A DNA stretch of 57,671 nt, filler included, from Sphacelaria rigidula (Eukaryota), in the NCBI GenBank assembly GCA_964200075.2. It is 6 parts of 6 records of this genome, joined end to end, with 100 filler letters (N's around TTAATTAATTAA, not from the genome) between each part and the next. Parts side by side here need not be neighbours in the genome. Positions count along the whole stretch, not along the records: positions 19,259 to 28,787 come from CAXNAA020008287.1; positions 28,888 to 38,415 come from CAXNAA020008288.1; positions 38,516 to 48,043 come from CAXNAA020008289.1; 3 more parts are not named here. One strand, given 5' to 3'. Of this stretch, positions 25,925-38,583 are shown piece after piece; position 1 is the stretch's first letter; each line of letters opens with the position of its first letter. The notes under the pieces are model-generated. The model was not told the origin of the DNA, ran no database searches, and was given only the letters and a program-made list of their open reading frames with translations. Position numbers and translations under genes: made by a program.

Positions 25925-26300
25925 AGTGCCTTTCTGGAGCCTTCACGTCGTTTTGCACTCCAAGAAAGAGCTAGGCGGAATTTTACACCTTGAAGTGCGT
26001 TGCTGTACTCGTTGAGACAGTATTGGGCTGCGTTTTTCCAGTGACCGCAGCTTTTTTCTTGCCCAACCTCGCATTTTTCTCGGCGACTGGCGATATTCCA
26101 CAAAAGACTCTTTGTCTAGTTTTTCTCGGCCGTTAATGGCCTAAAGACATAGCTTGGTGGAGTTTGACACTGGTTGACTTGCTCTACATGTTACAGCGGT
26201 TCGAGGACATTTTCGCGTTTTCCGGGGGTGGCAGTTTTGATTTTTGCCAATCAAGCACTTTTGCCCATAAGCGTTCAAGTCCAAATAAAAATGGCATTTC
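25925..26300. repeat. Two degenerate partial copies of the same foldback family arm
   Basis: gagctaggcggaattttacacc and gtttgacactggttgacttgctctac match the arm at about 21410. Confidence 0.6.
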
Positions 26301-26369
26301 TTCCTAGATTTCGGCACAACGCCCATACATGGGGTTAGATTGTTGTAGTGAAATGTGAATTTCAACCAC

Positions 26370-27007
26370 TCAGATGCCCTTCAGTGAGGAATCGGCGGAA
26401 TCTAGCGCCAATGAAATGCGACTTTCGCAGTGAATTTTGTAGTGAAAAATGCTTGTGATTGGCTCGCGGACTCAAGTCACACCTGCAGTGTACGCCCGGA
26501 CGGATGGAACAGCAGCAGCGAGACGAAGCTGCAAGCAGACAAGCAGACAGCAAGCGGTACATTGCCGTCACAGTGGGTCATTGCGATGCTCGTGTATCGG
26601 TATATCCCCATCTTGCTTTGGCTGGTCGTCCGGTCTTCCCGTGACCGCGAGCGCTGGCGCCGATGCCAGCGACAGCAGCCGCCATGCTGACGGGTGCAAG
26701 CAGTACCCTGGCGGGTGCAGTATATCCGCACTGTGCTGTGCGTTGCTCTTTTAATCGGAGCACGGGGTCTGGCCTAGTCGGTCGAGCGGTGTATACCGGT
26801 GCTGGTTGTTCGTCTTGACCCAGCTATGTCCGGTATCGCGCAAATGATGCGTCCGAGTAACACGATGTTTTCAACAGTCAAGTGTGTATACCGCACTGCA
26901 TCCAGACAGATACTTTATTTTAGAGAGAGACGAACGCGATCATACATCACCTCATGCATTCTCGGCGGAGACAAAACCATATCCGCAAGGTGTAAACACA
27001 CCACAGA
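26370..27007. repeat. Interspersed repeat, copy of 6510-7100
   Basis: Colinear shared blocks with 6510-7100. Confidence 0.8.
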
Positions 27008-28787
27008 ACAGTGCAAGGGTCGGGCGAATTGATGATTCGTCTGAAGATTATTTGATTTTAGTGTGATTGATTCGTACCGTATGAATCAATCCCCAGGCTT
27101 TTGTCGACGTATTCGTTAGCAGAGCAAGTCACACCCCAAGGTGGATGAGAATGCAACCCACTGGTCCTGTTTTCGACTCGTTAACTCAAGCAGTAGGGTC
27201 TCTCTCACACAAGGCACTCGTCAACAGCAGACAGCTGTTATTGAAAGTAAGCACCGAGCTCTTTCGGAAAAGGAAACACCAACTGACATCAACGGGGTTA
27301 TGTTACACGTGCTTTACTCGTGTTATAGCTCGTCGCGGCTTGCCGGCAGAAGATGAGACGTCGCGTAGAGCAGATGAAAAGCTGATGGTCCTTCTTGTGA
27401 TTAGTTCTACGGTAGCTGTTTCTCTGGCAGGTGGATTGCAAGTGACCGGAGGTGGGGAGCAGGGCTTTATCCACTATTTTCCCCACACCTCCTGCCTCGC
27501 TTACAATCTGCTATAATACCCTCATGAAGGCGCGTGCTTCGGGTGGGCGCGTGCCCCATACAGCCAATGAGATACAAGCAACCCAACTACAAAATCAGCC
27601 TGACTTGCCGTGCTATGGCCAATCAAAGCGCCTGGAGTCAGGTGCGTGATTGCCCGGCCGTAATGCGCAGACCAGTCTGCAGGTTCCTCAATCAAGGATC
27701 CAAAACACACCTATCTACTTTACAAAGTACGCATTTGCCTAGAATCTTTTCGTACCCGCCGATCGTTTGTTGATCAATCGTAGTATTCCTGCACTGGTTT
27801 AATTCAGATCCTCAGTCATTTCCCATCACATTAGCTCACCCTGGATCGTTCGAGTGCAGAAGGGACGAACTTGCATCGAGCCACACCTCTCCCACACCAC
27901 AGAAAATTGAGACTCCTTTTGAAGATCGAGTCCTATTTGGTACGGGGAACGGAAGGGGCGATAAACACCGAAAAAAAACAAGAAAATACAAACACAAGCA
28001 CAAAGCAAAGAGAAAAAGAAAATCGAACCGATACGATGATTCAGTGTCCTCATGTTCCGTGAGCTCTTCAGACGGAGTCATGGAAAAAAAAAATCCAAAA
28101 TCAACAATCAAAACCATGTACCACAAAATGCAGTGTGTCCAGAATGTCGTACGCATGTCTGGGATAGACACAGGAAATCAGACCCAATCATTGAAACGAT
28201 TATGCCAACCTGCCATAACTATATCATTAATAAATAGTTCGCGCTTTTCCGGATGTCCGAATTATTTTAGGTCATTCGTGGAAAAACAAGCAAGCCCGCC
28301 AAGGCATTTCATCACTCCGATAACCAAGTTCACGCTAATCGCTCATTCCACCCAATCAGTAAAAGCCTGCAACATACAGCCGATTTCGTCGCGGAAATGG
28401 TAGTTTCCCGCGAAAACTATACGTTGATAAAAAAATAGAATGATACGGACAAATCAACTCGTTTGACGTGAGTTAATTGTCGGTACCTGTTTGTGAGAAC
28501 AGCGACTTGCTGGGGACGTCTGGTTGATGATCTAGTCGTACAGCATTTAGTTTTCTTTTTTCACACGACGATACGAGAACAACTGACCGGTTTGTGAGAT
28601 CAGGTGTCCGTACACATAAAAAGAAACGTGGTGGACAATACACAACCTTCGGGCCTACTACGTAGTTCCGAGGCGGATCACCCGACACATTTCTGAACCA
28701 CGACAAATACACAGGACAGAGAGGACCAACGCAGCCCACTCCTCACAGTATTTGCCCGTTCGGACTAAAACGAGACTGGCCCGAACA

Positions 28788-28887
28788 NNNNNNNNNNNNN
28801 NNNNNNNNNNNNNNNNNNNNNNNNNNNNNNNTTAATTAATTAANNNNNNNNNNNNNNNNNNNNNNNNNNNNNNNNNNNNNNNNNNNN
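28788..28887. other. Artificial contig spacer
   Basis: N-TTAATTAATTAA-N, 100 nt. Confidence 0.97.
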
Positions 28888-29454
28888 TTTGCTTAACCCT
28901 TGGACCGCGGTGCCGGTAGTCCATCTGGACCATGTGTATTTTTTTCAAGTGAGGGTTGATGCCGATTCAGCAGGTGGCCTACTCTCGCGGTCTAACGATT
29001 AACTCCTCCTGCGGAGTTTTGGGGAGGAAGATACTCTCGCTCTGCGTTACTCTTTCGTATCTTCCCTGCAATAGAGCAATGCGACTTCAACCTCATTTTT
29101 TGTTTCAACCCCAAAAATTAGGATCCGCTGGTATAGGAGTCGGAATATCCATCGATAATTGCTGGCCTGCTGTGATAATTTAGGCGAAAACTTTGCTATC
29201 ATCGACCGCGGGTCTCAAATACGTGTATGTTCTGGAACTAGACATTCAAACTGCCAGTGTGATCGATCGCACGTCTGAAAAACGTTGCAGTACCGTTGTG
29301 AAGAAGCGAAGCAAAGGGTACCAGCGTATTGCTTGGCATGTATTCGAGGAACTTCAATGAAGGGCATCTCGCAACCGTTTGGATGTGGGATGTGGGGGAT
29401 AGGTGGGAAGCCCACGTGTATACATATTATATATATATATATATATGTACATGT

Positions 29455-31600
29455 ATAATTTCGCATTTTTCACCACTTTTGCCGAGTGTTCTCTGGCTGC
29501 AAGGCATCTTAGCCGCTGCTTTTTTTGCAGTGCACGAAGGAGGGTCAGGGGTACATTACCGTTCAGGTTTGGGTGTCATCTGATTCCTGTGGCGCATGTT
29601 CTCGCCATCGGAAGTCGCCCACACTGGCTCTTTTTCGCGGGGTGTCGATCTCGAACCATAGAAGCCTTTCCAAAATCGTCGAAAACTTCAAACAAGAGCC
29701 ACAAAAGCCCGCTCATGGCGGGGTATTGTTTCACCGTGATTTTCTTTGCGTTCTCGATTATTTGGGAACACGAAGACAGTGGTTATGCAGCGAATGTCAC
29801 GAGAACATGAGAGCAAAGCAGTTGAAAACAGCTGGACATTGCCTTGACTTAGTCAGCAGCAAACACACGTCGAATGATCTGATATCCTTTATCATTCGGT
29901 TTTGACGTGAAGCCTTTAACACGCTCATATCTGCGTAATATGTGCCCCAATTATGCGAACGTAACAACCTACAAGAAAAGCATCGTGAAGAACACTGAAG
30001 AATGTGTAGATTGGTAATAGAGGAAGGGGTCACAGTCTCAGCTGCAGTAGAGGAAGTCGCTGATGGCCCGGTGTGCATGGATACGGTGGATACCCACAGT
30101 GCGTGGTATTTTGTTTTTCCAACACCCTGCTGTCTGATGACGGCTAGATTGAGTGGGTACAGTGGTCGTTGATCACGCAGGCTACGACGGATCCTGCTGG
30201 CCTCATCATCAATCTTCGCCCAGCTATGGACGAACGCTCGAAGACACCCAGGAAATAAGCATCTTTTATTGGCCGCTATATTTGTGAGGGTTGGGAGCTG
30301 AACATTTCCGCTTCAAAAATCTACACAGTCGAAGATGGAGCTCCTGTCGCGCGACCAGTGGGTAGTGCTGCGGACCCTTGCCGGCGTACCTGGCACTGGG
30401 GGCGACATCCCGGTACAGAGAGTCCAAACACTACCGGGACGGCCGTGCACAGGCCGGCAGCCGGAATGGCCGTTGCACTGGTATTCCTGGCGGGGCGGGG
30501 TATTTTCCCCCCGTGTTTCTCGTCGTCGGGTTCTCCTTCATTTGGGAGCACGAGTACACCTCTTATGCCGCCAATGTCACGAGAACATGATAACAACGTA
30601 GTTGAAAGCAATTGAACATCACCTTGGCCTTAGTCACTAGCAAACACCAGACAGTGCGGTGAGCCTTTGACGGGTTGAACAAGGCACGCACGTGGGCAAA
30701 CGTCCCTCCTGAGGGTCAACTGTGTAAAACCAGCAAAACGGGGTGCCGAAATCCCTGTGATCATGCAAACCGTAGGACGCACCTGTGAAGTACTGGCGCA
30801 GGGATACCCTTGTGACAGGGTTGACAGGTTTGTCCTTTTGACAGAGATGACAGGGAGGTTCATTCGAGTACGCATCTCATGTATCTTTCGGCGGCTCAAT
30901 ACATTATTTTCAGTCGAAGTCAAGCGCTACTTTGCTTGTGGATTTCTCCGCCGTGTTTGAACAAACCAGCCTGAAAATTGGCACAGAGGTAGACCACAAC
31001 ACAGACAGCATATTCCCGGATTGGCGGCACGTTCACGTGGTGCGCCAGACGCACGAAATGAATACGGATTTAGGGCAACGCCATCTATACCCCCTCGAAA
31101 CGGAATCCCCTCGGCCCACACTGTGTGAAACGTCAGCGAATGCATCTATTATGGACACGCAGATGCGCTCACTTTCACATCATGATCCACTGGGTGGCTC
31201 CTGCCCCGGCAAACGAGCATCGATCCGTATTGGGTACACTCTGGATGATATCATTTTCCGCGGTACCTATCTTGGTATCGCCTATAGTGGTACTCACTTC
31301 AGGAGGCACGGTCGTGCAAGAGCTGTCAGTGCTTTTCCGCGCAATGTATATATGTACATGCATCGTTTCACATTCTCACCGCTTTTGCCGAATTTCCTCT
31401 GGCGGCAAGGCGTTTTTTCCCGCGCGTCCTAGTGCAGCGCACCAAGAAGGCTCAGCGGTACATTACCGTTCGGGTTTGGGCGCCATATGATACCTGTGGC
31501 GCGTGTTCTGGCCACCGAAAGTTGCTCAAACTTACCCTTTTTCGCGCGATGTCGATCCCGAACCACAAACGCTTCTTTAAGATGGTGGAAAACATGAAAA
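29455..31600. repeat. Local diverged direct duplications (29455-29690 vs 31360-31600; 29715-29865 vs 30490-30645)
   Basis: Shared blocks ggtacattaccgttc.ggtttggg and tttggga.cacga...aatgtcacgagaacatga. Confidence 0.7.
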
Positions 31601-31701
31601 GAGATATTTTCGACTTGCGTCACCCCCGTGAGGCCCGTCCCAACCTCCCGAAAGGGAACCTCATGTACATATAATCTTGGCGTCCCATTTGTTTTTTTGT
31701 G

Positions 31702-31951
31702 TGTTATACCCTTGGGCAGATGATCTGGACAAGAAGACTATCCACGAGGGACTCCTCCGGGAGCACTGGCCTCGTGCTCAATAAGTCCTTTCTTCTCACT
31801 TGTTATTATCTCGGAGTAAACAGCTGCGGCCTGTACCGTCAGCCATGGGCTACACAGCAAGGGTAATCATCCACAGGATACTCTTGTCCCCTGGTCATCA
31901 TCCAGGATCCTACATGCTACATTTACTACGCCTTGGTATATTTTGGCTACA
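31702..31951 (-). repeat. 3' LTR
   Basis: Minus strand reads TGTAGCC...TATAACA (TG..CA termini). It aligns without a net gap to 35762-36011. Confidence 0.85.
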
Positions 31952-33212
31952 GCACCCCCAAAGCGAGTTCAAGACAAACGAACGAGCTTGACAACCAAGA
32001 AAAACCAAGGCGGATTCGTATGCTCCAAATCACAAAGAAATGCCATACCCCGACGCTAATTCACTCGTCAGCGCCCGAGTCGACCTCAGTTAACGCAATT
32101 CCTGCGCAACAAATTCACGCGCAGGAATATTTATCTTCCGAAAAGACTTTTACGTACTTTCTTCAGCACCGAACCCGTCTCAATCGACCAAAACAATAGC
32201 ATGACCATTGCTTCAGAACCATTCGACCAATGGGTATACGCAACATCAAATGCGTGTTGCACCTTCAGCGCGTCGCTCTGCTGCGCGATTCTTGTACTTG
32301 ACTTTTAAAGTGCGTGGCGGTATCACTGACCGACACACGCCGCACCCCTAAAATCGTGCATCATTGCAACAAATGCTTAGCCGTAACCTCGGCAGTGCAA
32401 GCCTCGGTTGGTTCCAACCAAACGAAATTCGACAAATCATCCGGGATAACAAACGTACAGCAAACCATCAGGTAGTTAAGACCGTCAAGTTTGCTACTTC
32501 CGACGTACAAAATTCAAACTGAACAACCTCACCTGCCGCAATACCTTGAACAGTATCGCCAAGAACGTGCCGCGGGCAAGGATCACGTTTTCATACGTGC
32601 ATAATTTCTTTGATCCTGAAACACACGAGAACTCGTGTCATCTCTGCTCACAGACAACAAGCCTATGCATTTCGTAGTTTCAGCTCATTTTCACGTCACC
32701 AGCAGTAGTCACTGTCTCCTACGGTCAGTATGAGATTCATTTAATTCATCATTCAGCAGTATTTTGTTAACTGCCTCACCCTGACGGTCATCAGACACCA
32801 TGCACATCAGTATCATTCGAGCGAAGACTGCACACATGCATGCCAAGATCTCACTCAGCATACGAAAAATCGCACATGCATGTCAACATTTGACTCAGGA
32901 CCTGCAATGCAACCCGTGTTGCACAAATCATGCATCATGCATGCTCTTCGGAGCAGCACAACACACGCGTACCAAATTCCACGCGTACATCGACATTTTC
33001 CAGCGAACGCAACCCGAGCACACCCACTCTACTGTCATGCTTCATGCGCGAACAGCAACACAAATATGACCCTAAAAGCACACCATAACAACCTATAATC
33101 GTCAGAAAACGGTTCGGAAATACCAGTCATCATGTGTGTCCTCGTGCTCAACAAGCACCCTCACAAGTACTTGCTCTTCATCAATATTCAATCCGGAGCT
33201 CACCACTATCAC

Positions 33213-34357
33213 TCATCTCAGGTGATCCCCGCTTTGCAGGCTTCCAGTCCGCTCCTTCGAAGTAGCAGCACTGGAACCACTACCTTCTGCACACCATAGA
33301 GCAACAATTTCTGTCGTACGGTACCTCCTAGCAGCCACATCTAGCACCCCCATGGTGCATCTCAGGATGCTATCAAACAGCATATCCTTACTGCCGAACC
33401 ATTGCGACAAATACTCTCCCTCCGCAGAAGCTTGCGCATCGACGATTTATCCTGTTACAGTCACTTTTTTAGGCGAAACTAGAGGTGGAACGGGAACAAC
33501 CATACAGTCCCGCATAGCAACAGCTCTCGAGGGCACCACACAATCCTTATTAAGCACCTGACCTGACATCATATGAGAAATATCTCGCACCATTCGCTTA
33601 CATTCACGATGGGACAACGGTGAATTGATCATCTGAAATCTACGATCCATCAGTGCCTTATTAAACGCTCTCACCGCACAATTCTTCACATGCCATCCCG
33701 TATCGCCGACCCATACCTCCGGCGACCCCATCTCTTTTGCTTTGATCCATGTCAGAAAATGCTCCACCTTCTTCGCCTCCACACTAGACTTTGCGGGCTC
33801 CAACCACACGAAGTTGCTCACATCGTCTTTGATCACCAAATTATCTTGAATCGGATATCCGTCGTCCAATCCACCATTTTCCAGCTGACCACTCGCTCCA
33901 TCGCTGAGGAAGTTGAATTTCATCACCTCCTCCGGGCGAGTACCATGCACTTTATCCCCACCATGCACCATATCCTCCTGGGGAGGGGGAATGTGCGCCC
34001 CCACCTTGGATTCGCTCACACGAAGTTGCTCAGATCGTCTTCGCTCACCAAATTATCTTGGATCGGATATCCGTCGTCCAGTCCACCATTTTCCAGCAGA
34101 CCACTCGCTCCATCGCTGAGGAAGTTGAATTTCATCACCTCCTCCGGGCGAGTACCATGCACTTTATCCCCACCATGCACCATATCCCCGTGGGGAGGGG
34201 GGAGGTGCGCCCCAACCTTGGATTCGCTCACCCGTCGGGAGCAGAACGTTTCCGGCTTTCCCATCGCCGCTCTCTCCAAGCTTGACTGCAAAGTGCAGTA
34301 TAGTAACCCAAACGCCACCCAAACTGCAATGCACGAAGCTAGCCACCCGGCCTTCAC
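33213..34357 (-). pseudogene. Decayed retroviral-type integrase core
   Basis: HGTRPEEVMKFNFLS...LVIKDDVSNFVWLEP...MGSPEVWVGDTGWHVKN...ECKRMVR matches an rve integrase in which the likely first Asp and the Glu of the DDE triad are substituted. It carries frameshifts and an internal tandem duplication. Confidence 0.75.
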
Positions 34358-34511
34358 CGGATCGTTGCAATGGGGCTTGGTCTTCTCAGCCGTTGTTCTT
34401 CTTAGCCGTTGCCTGTGACTGGGGCTGCACCCTCATAGGCTGTACGGCTCCACTTTCAGGAGCTTCCTCTTCCTTTCCATCTGTATCCTTCCTGCTCTCA
34501 CCTTGAAACGA

Positions 34512-35066
34512 TCACACAGGGACGATCACCCGCCTAGCCGGAAGGTAGTTGGGGTTGTTCACCCCGGTCTGCACCGGCACAGCACACGGGCGTAACTTTT
34601 CCAAAGCCAGCGGATACAAATCTACCCCGAGTTCCTTCATAGTCTTCATGCCAAACATCACCACGTCATCGTTGCCAGGCATGACCGCGAAAGTGATCGG
34701 CGACATCTCCACAGTACCCCACGGCGTTCGCACGCTTACAGCAATAGGCACCGTTTTATGAGAAATAGTCACGGGCGCACCCGCGGCGCTCTGTGCCATT
34801 TGCGGTCCATTTTCAAATGGTAGCTGTAGCTGGGCGCATCCAAACTGTGAAGACATCTGTTGTAGCAACCCCACTCTTATTGATGTGGGTGCTGATCCAG
34901 AGTCGAGGAAAACGCGAGCCATAAATGAACCAACAGAACCGGGTATAGATGGATCGGCGGGCAAGCATTCTTCGCTGCGGTCGACAGGCACCACACCTGC
35001 CGAAGAGAAACTCTGGTTATTACCTTGAGTCACTTGACGCCAAGGCAGCGCTCCAGCACTTGACAT
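34512..35066 (-). pseudogene. Retrotransposon aspartic protease
   Basis: ARVFLDSGSAPTSI active site and the C-terminal DVVMFGMKTMKELG motif. Confidence 0.82.
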
Positions 35067-35318
35067 CGGTGCTTTTCATTCGTCGCAACAGTGGGAGATG
35101 CACCAGACACGAATCCTGCCGGGCCTATGGGTTGCGAGCTTTCCGCTCCAGCACTCCCCACGGAGATATTACCTCCTCCCACATATGTTTGCCGCCCCGA
35201 CACAGGCGAACCTAGAGATCTAGCGTCATCACTTGGAAACGCACTTGAGGATACAGTAGCGGCGGTATTACATTTCTCCGTCGCTTGGTTTTTGGCCCCT
35301 GCCTCTGCACCCGTATCT

Positions 35319-35525
35319 CTAGTTGCTCCAACCTTGTCCGCCACAATGGCCGCCTCGAGACCTTGACCTACCTCGCGCATTTCCTTGCGCAGCGCCTTTA
35401 GCGCGAGGCTTGGGGCAATTTCTTAAAATATGCCCATGATCTCCACAATTGTAACACAGGCGAGTGAACAACGCTCGCGAAGTCGGCAGCGGTTTCTGTT
35501 GCTTACGCTCGTCATACTCTGACAT
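35319..35525 (-). pseudogene. gag CCHC zinc knuckle
   Basis: CYNCGDHGHILRNC (Cx2Cx4Hx4C). Confidence 0.85.
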
Positions 35526-35761
35526 TTCTCACGGTTTATCCCTGACCAGCGGCATCGTCGCCGCTTGAGCAATGTTCTCTATGACTCATAATGACGGATA
35601 GACTCTTGCCTTAGTTGAGCGTCCCTCCAGCGGATTATCTTCCCCCAAACGCTGTGCGCTGTAAGCCGTCTTCCGTCTGCGGGCTGAACTGGCTCTGTGC
35701 TGCAGCCTGATCTCTCCTCAGCTAAACCTCCTCCAACAGATTGCCGGAAGAAATATCTAGA

Positions 35762-36011
35762 TATTATAGCCTCTGCCAGACGATCTGGACAAGAGAACTA
35801 TCCACGAGGGACTCCTCCGGTAGCACTAGCCTCGTGCTCAACAAGTCCTTTCTTCTCACTTGTTATTATCTCGGAGTAAACAGCTGCCGCCTGTACCGTC
35901 AGCCACGGGCTACACAGCAACGGACATTATCCACAGGATACCCTTGTCCCCTGGTCATCATCCAGGATCCTGCATGCTACATTTACTACGCCTTGGTATA
36001 TTTTGGCTACA
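35762..36011 (-). repeat. 5' LTR
   Basis: Direct repeat of 31702-31951. It begins TGTAGCC on -, and the terminal CA has become TA. Confidence 0.85.
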
Positions 36012-36080
36012 GTGTTTTGGTTGGTTTTGTACTTTCTCCGGCTGCTTCATTATTCTCGTCTTCTCGAGTATTTTTCCCAA

Positions 36081-37567
36081 CACACGTGGACAGGTAGCAC
36101 CCTGTGGAGGGGTTCTACAGGGTTTACGTACCCTGCGCAGTGTTTCTGGCGGGAATTTTACTGTACAGTGTTTTCCAGCGTAATACAGGACGCTCCACAG
36201 GGCTTCTCTACGGTGGTCATGCACAGGTGGATAAACAGCTCTCTGTGGGGGACGTATATAGGGTTCAGGGAAACTGTGCAGCGTTTTCTCGCGGGGATCT
36301 CGCTGTAGGTTTTTTTTTTGCGCCGCACAGGACGCTTTACAGGGTTCGGGGAAACTGTACAGGGTTTATCGCGGGGACTTGACTGTAGGGTATTATTTTG
36401 TGCCACAGCCACTCGGCACTGCATACATACAATATACTCCATCCAGCATGGGCATGGTACTGGCAGAAAAAAACGTTCGAGGAGCGGCGGGGGTGAGAAC
36501 TGAACTCGCGGTGTCGTGCTGGGGAGTACGTCAGGTTATACATTGAGCAACCTGACTTGTTGTACACCACGAAATAATGTTATGCCTGTAATAACTATCA
36601 AGGAAAAAACTCTATAAACAAAAGCATACTCGGTTGAGTGATTTTGGTAGACTGCGGACCGCGGGGTTTTCAAAAGCAATGTCCACTCATACGCGAGGTA
36701 TATACCGTCATCTCAGCATCCACGCCTTGAGCGGAAGCGTCGTATCTAAACTCGTAGGCGTGGGGACATACACTCGATCGTAATCAGTGTGTCGGATCTC
36801 CATTCAGCAAAAGCTGTTGATAATTATTCATCCTTTCGCCCATGTTCATGAACCGAGGGAAAAAAGATGAATGACTTGCAACATTTGTTTCTGCTTGTCG
36901 GATCCCATATGCTGATAACGATGCAGTACGCGGGATTTGCCCAGCTGACACTGCTCGTAATAAGTCTCCTTTCCTCCACTCTCCGGATGAATTGGAGGGC
37001 AAAGTGAAAATTTATTTCGAGCTTCTTCTGCTGTTCAAAGTTCAAATCTGCCAGTATGCATGACATTTGCGCAGCAAAAAAAGCTGTTCGAAGTAGATCC
37101 TTTTTTGCTCATTTCAAAAATGGGCGAAAAAAAACGATTTTGAACAGCTTCTTCTGCTGTTCGAAGTAAATCCTTTTTTCGCCGAAATAAATTGGGCGAT
37201 AAAATAATCTGTTTTGAATAGCTTCTCCTGCTGTCCGAAATAAATTCCTTTTTGCCCGATTCAAATCGGGTGAAGAGGAATTTACTATTGAAAATATATA
37301 AAATTTACAGATTTTGTACCAATACATTTCGAATTAAAAAAGTATAGAGTCATTTTTTTTCACCAAAACACTACTACATGACTGTGCAGGGCTTTGTCGA
37401 CAAGCCTACACAGGACTGCAAACCCAACCCTGGGGAATTCCCTATTTACACGCCACGAGGGGTACAGGTTTGGAGTTTCACTGTCAGGGTTTTTTCACAA
37501 AGACTGCGGAGGACCCTGCACGGGCTCTGCACAGTGCGCCCCACAGGGTGCTATCTGTCCACGGGTG
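36081..37567. mobile_element. Non-autonomous TIR element with ACAGGG subterminal repeats
   Basis: TIRs CACACGTGGACAGGTAGCACCCTGTG / CACAGGGTGCTATCTGTCCACGGGTG. Internal gcttcttctgctgttcgaag repeats at 37020-37260. No TSD seen. Confidence 0.65.
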
Positions 37568-38415
37568 GATTTATACCCCCTTTTGGTCTCCTTCCTCTCT
37601 TGCATCTTGTTCGCTGGGTTGTACCCACCTTGCGACCTGGGCTGGATTGGAAGCAGATCGATTCATGCGAGACAAATGATCTCACAATCATTCATCAATC
37701 AAATGACAGTTTTTCGTTTGCCGTTGTCCTTGGACACGAGTCCGTCGGCATGGGACAGGCGACGAGTGAAAACATCATGTGATTTCGTGACTTGTCATCT
37801 TTGAGTGTGATGACGAGATGCATCTGCATCGACCCTCGCAGAATGCGTACAACGTACACTAATTGTGCCAGATCGTGATGGACATTCGAATCAGCAGGTT
37901 GCCTGCCATATGTCGTGTCTATACGGCAGTGGGGGGGCGGCACCTAGCACGAGATGCAGTACGTGTAGTGCGCAATGACTTACAATAATGCACCGTGTAC
38001 GCAACAACAAGAAAACACGGCATTTAAGCGTCCTAATGCAGGCAGGTAGTATTTCGTACCGTGGTATGTATATGACATGCATGCATATAGTGGTCGCTGG
38101 TAATCGAGCATACTCACACTCAATGTTGGACACACACGGACAGGCCTGGATGAGTTGGAAATGGATATTGTGATTGGATTATGACATATGGGTGAAGGGC
38201 ATATAAGAGATACAGTTCCGTTATTTAAGGTATACCCGATATGTTGGTTGCAGTCAGAATATGTTGAAGGGCACACGCTCAGCGCGTGGGCAAGGAGTTA
38301 GGTCCTGACGTGTTATTTTTGATGAGTGGTTCTTTACGACTGACCCAGACCCCCTTCTTTGGCACTACATGTTTCTGGATTTCTTCGTACTAGGTGGAGA
38401 GAATAATACATATTT

Positions 38416-38515
38416 NNNNNNNNNNNNNNNNNNNNNNNNNNNNNNNNNNNNNNNNNNNNTTAATTAATTAANNNNNNNNNNNNNNNNNNNNNNNNNNNNN
38501 NNNNNNNNNNNNNNN
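38416..38515. other. Artificial contig spacer (followed by poly-G 38516-38582)
   Basis: N-TTAATTAATTAA-N, 100 nt. Confidence 0.97.

Positions 38516-38583
<68 letters not shown>

Larger units (their letters stand above)
31702..36011 (-). mobile_element. Ty3/gypsy LTR retrotransposon, internally deleted and non-autonomous
   Basis: Two 250-bp direct LTRs 4060 bp apart. On the - strand the order is gag Zn-knuckle, aspartic protease, then integrase. A G-rich PPT-like run (TTTGGGGGTGC) abuts the 3' LTR. Confidence 0.88.

Noticed and set aside
33690..34418. 242-aa + strand ORF
   Set aside because: It is the antisense shadow of the duplicated integrase remnant.
38516..38582. Poly-proline ORF from a poly-G run
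   Set aside because: It is a homopolymer at a contig edge and may be a sequencing artefact. There is no coding evidence.
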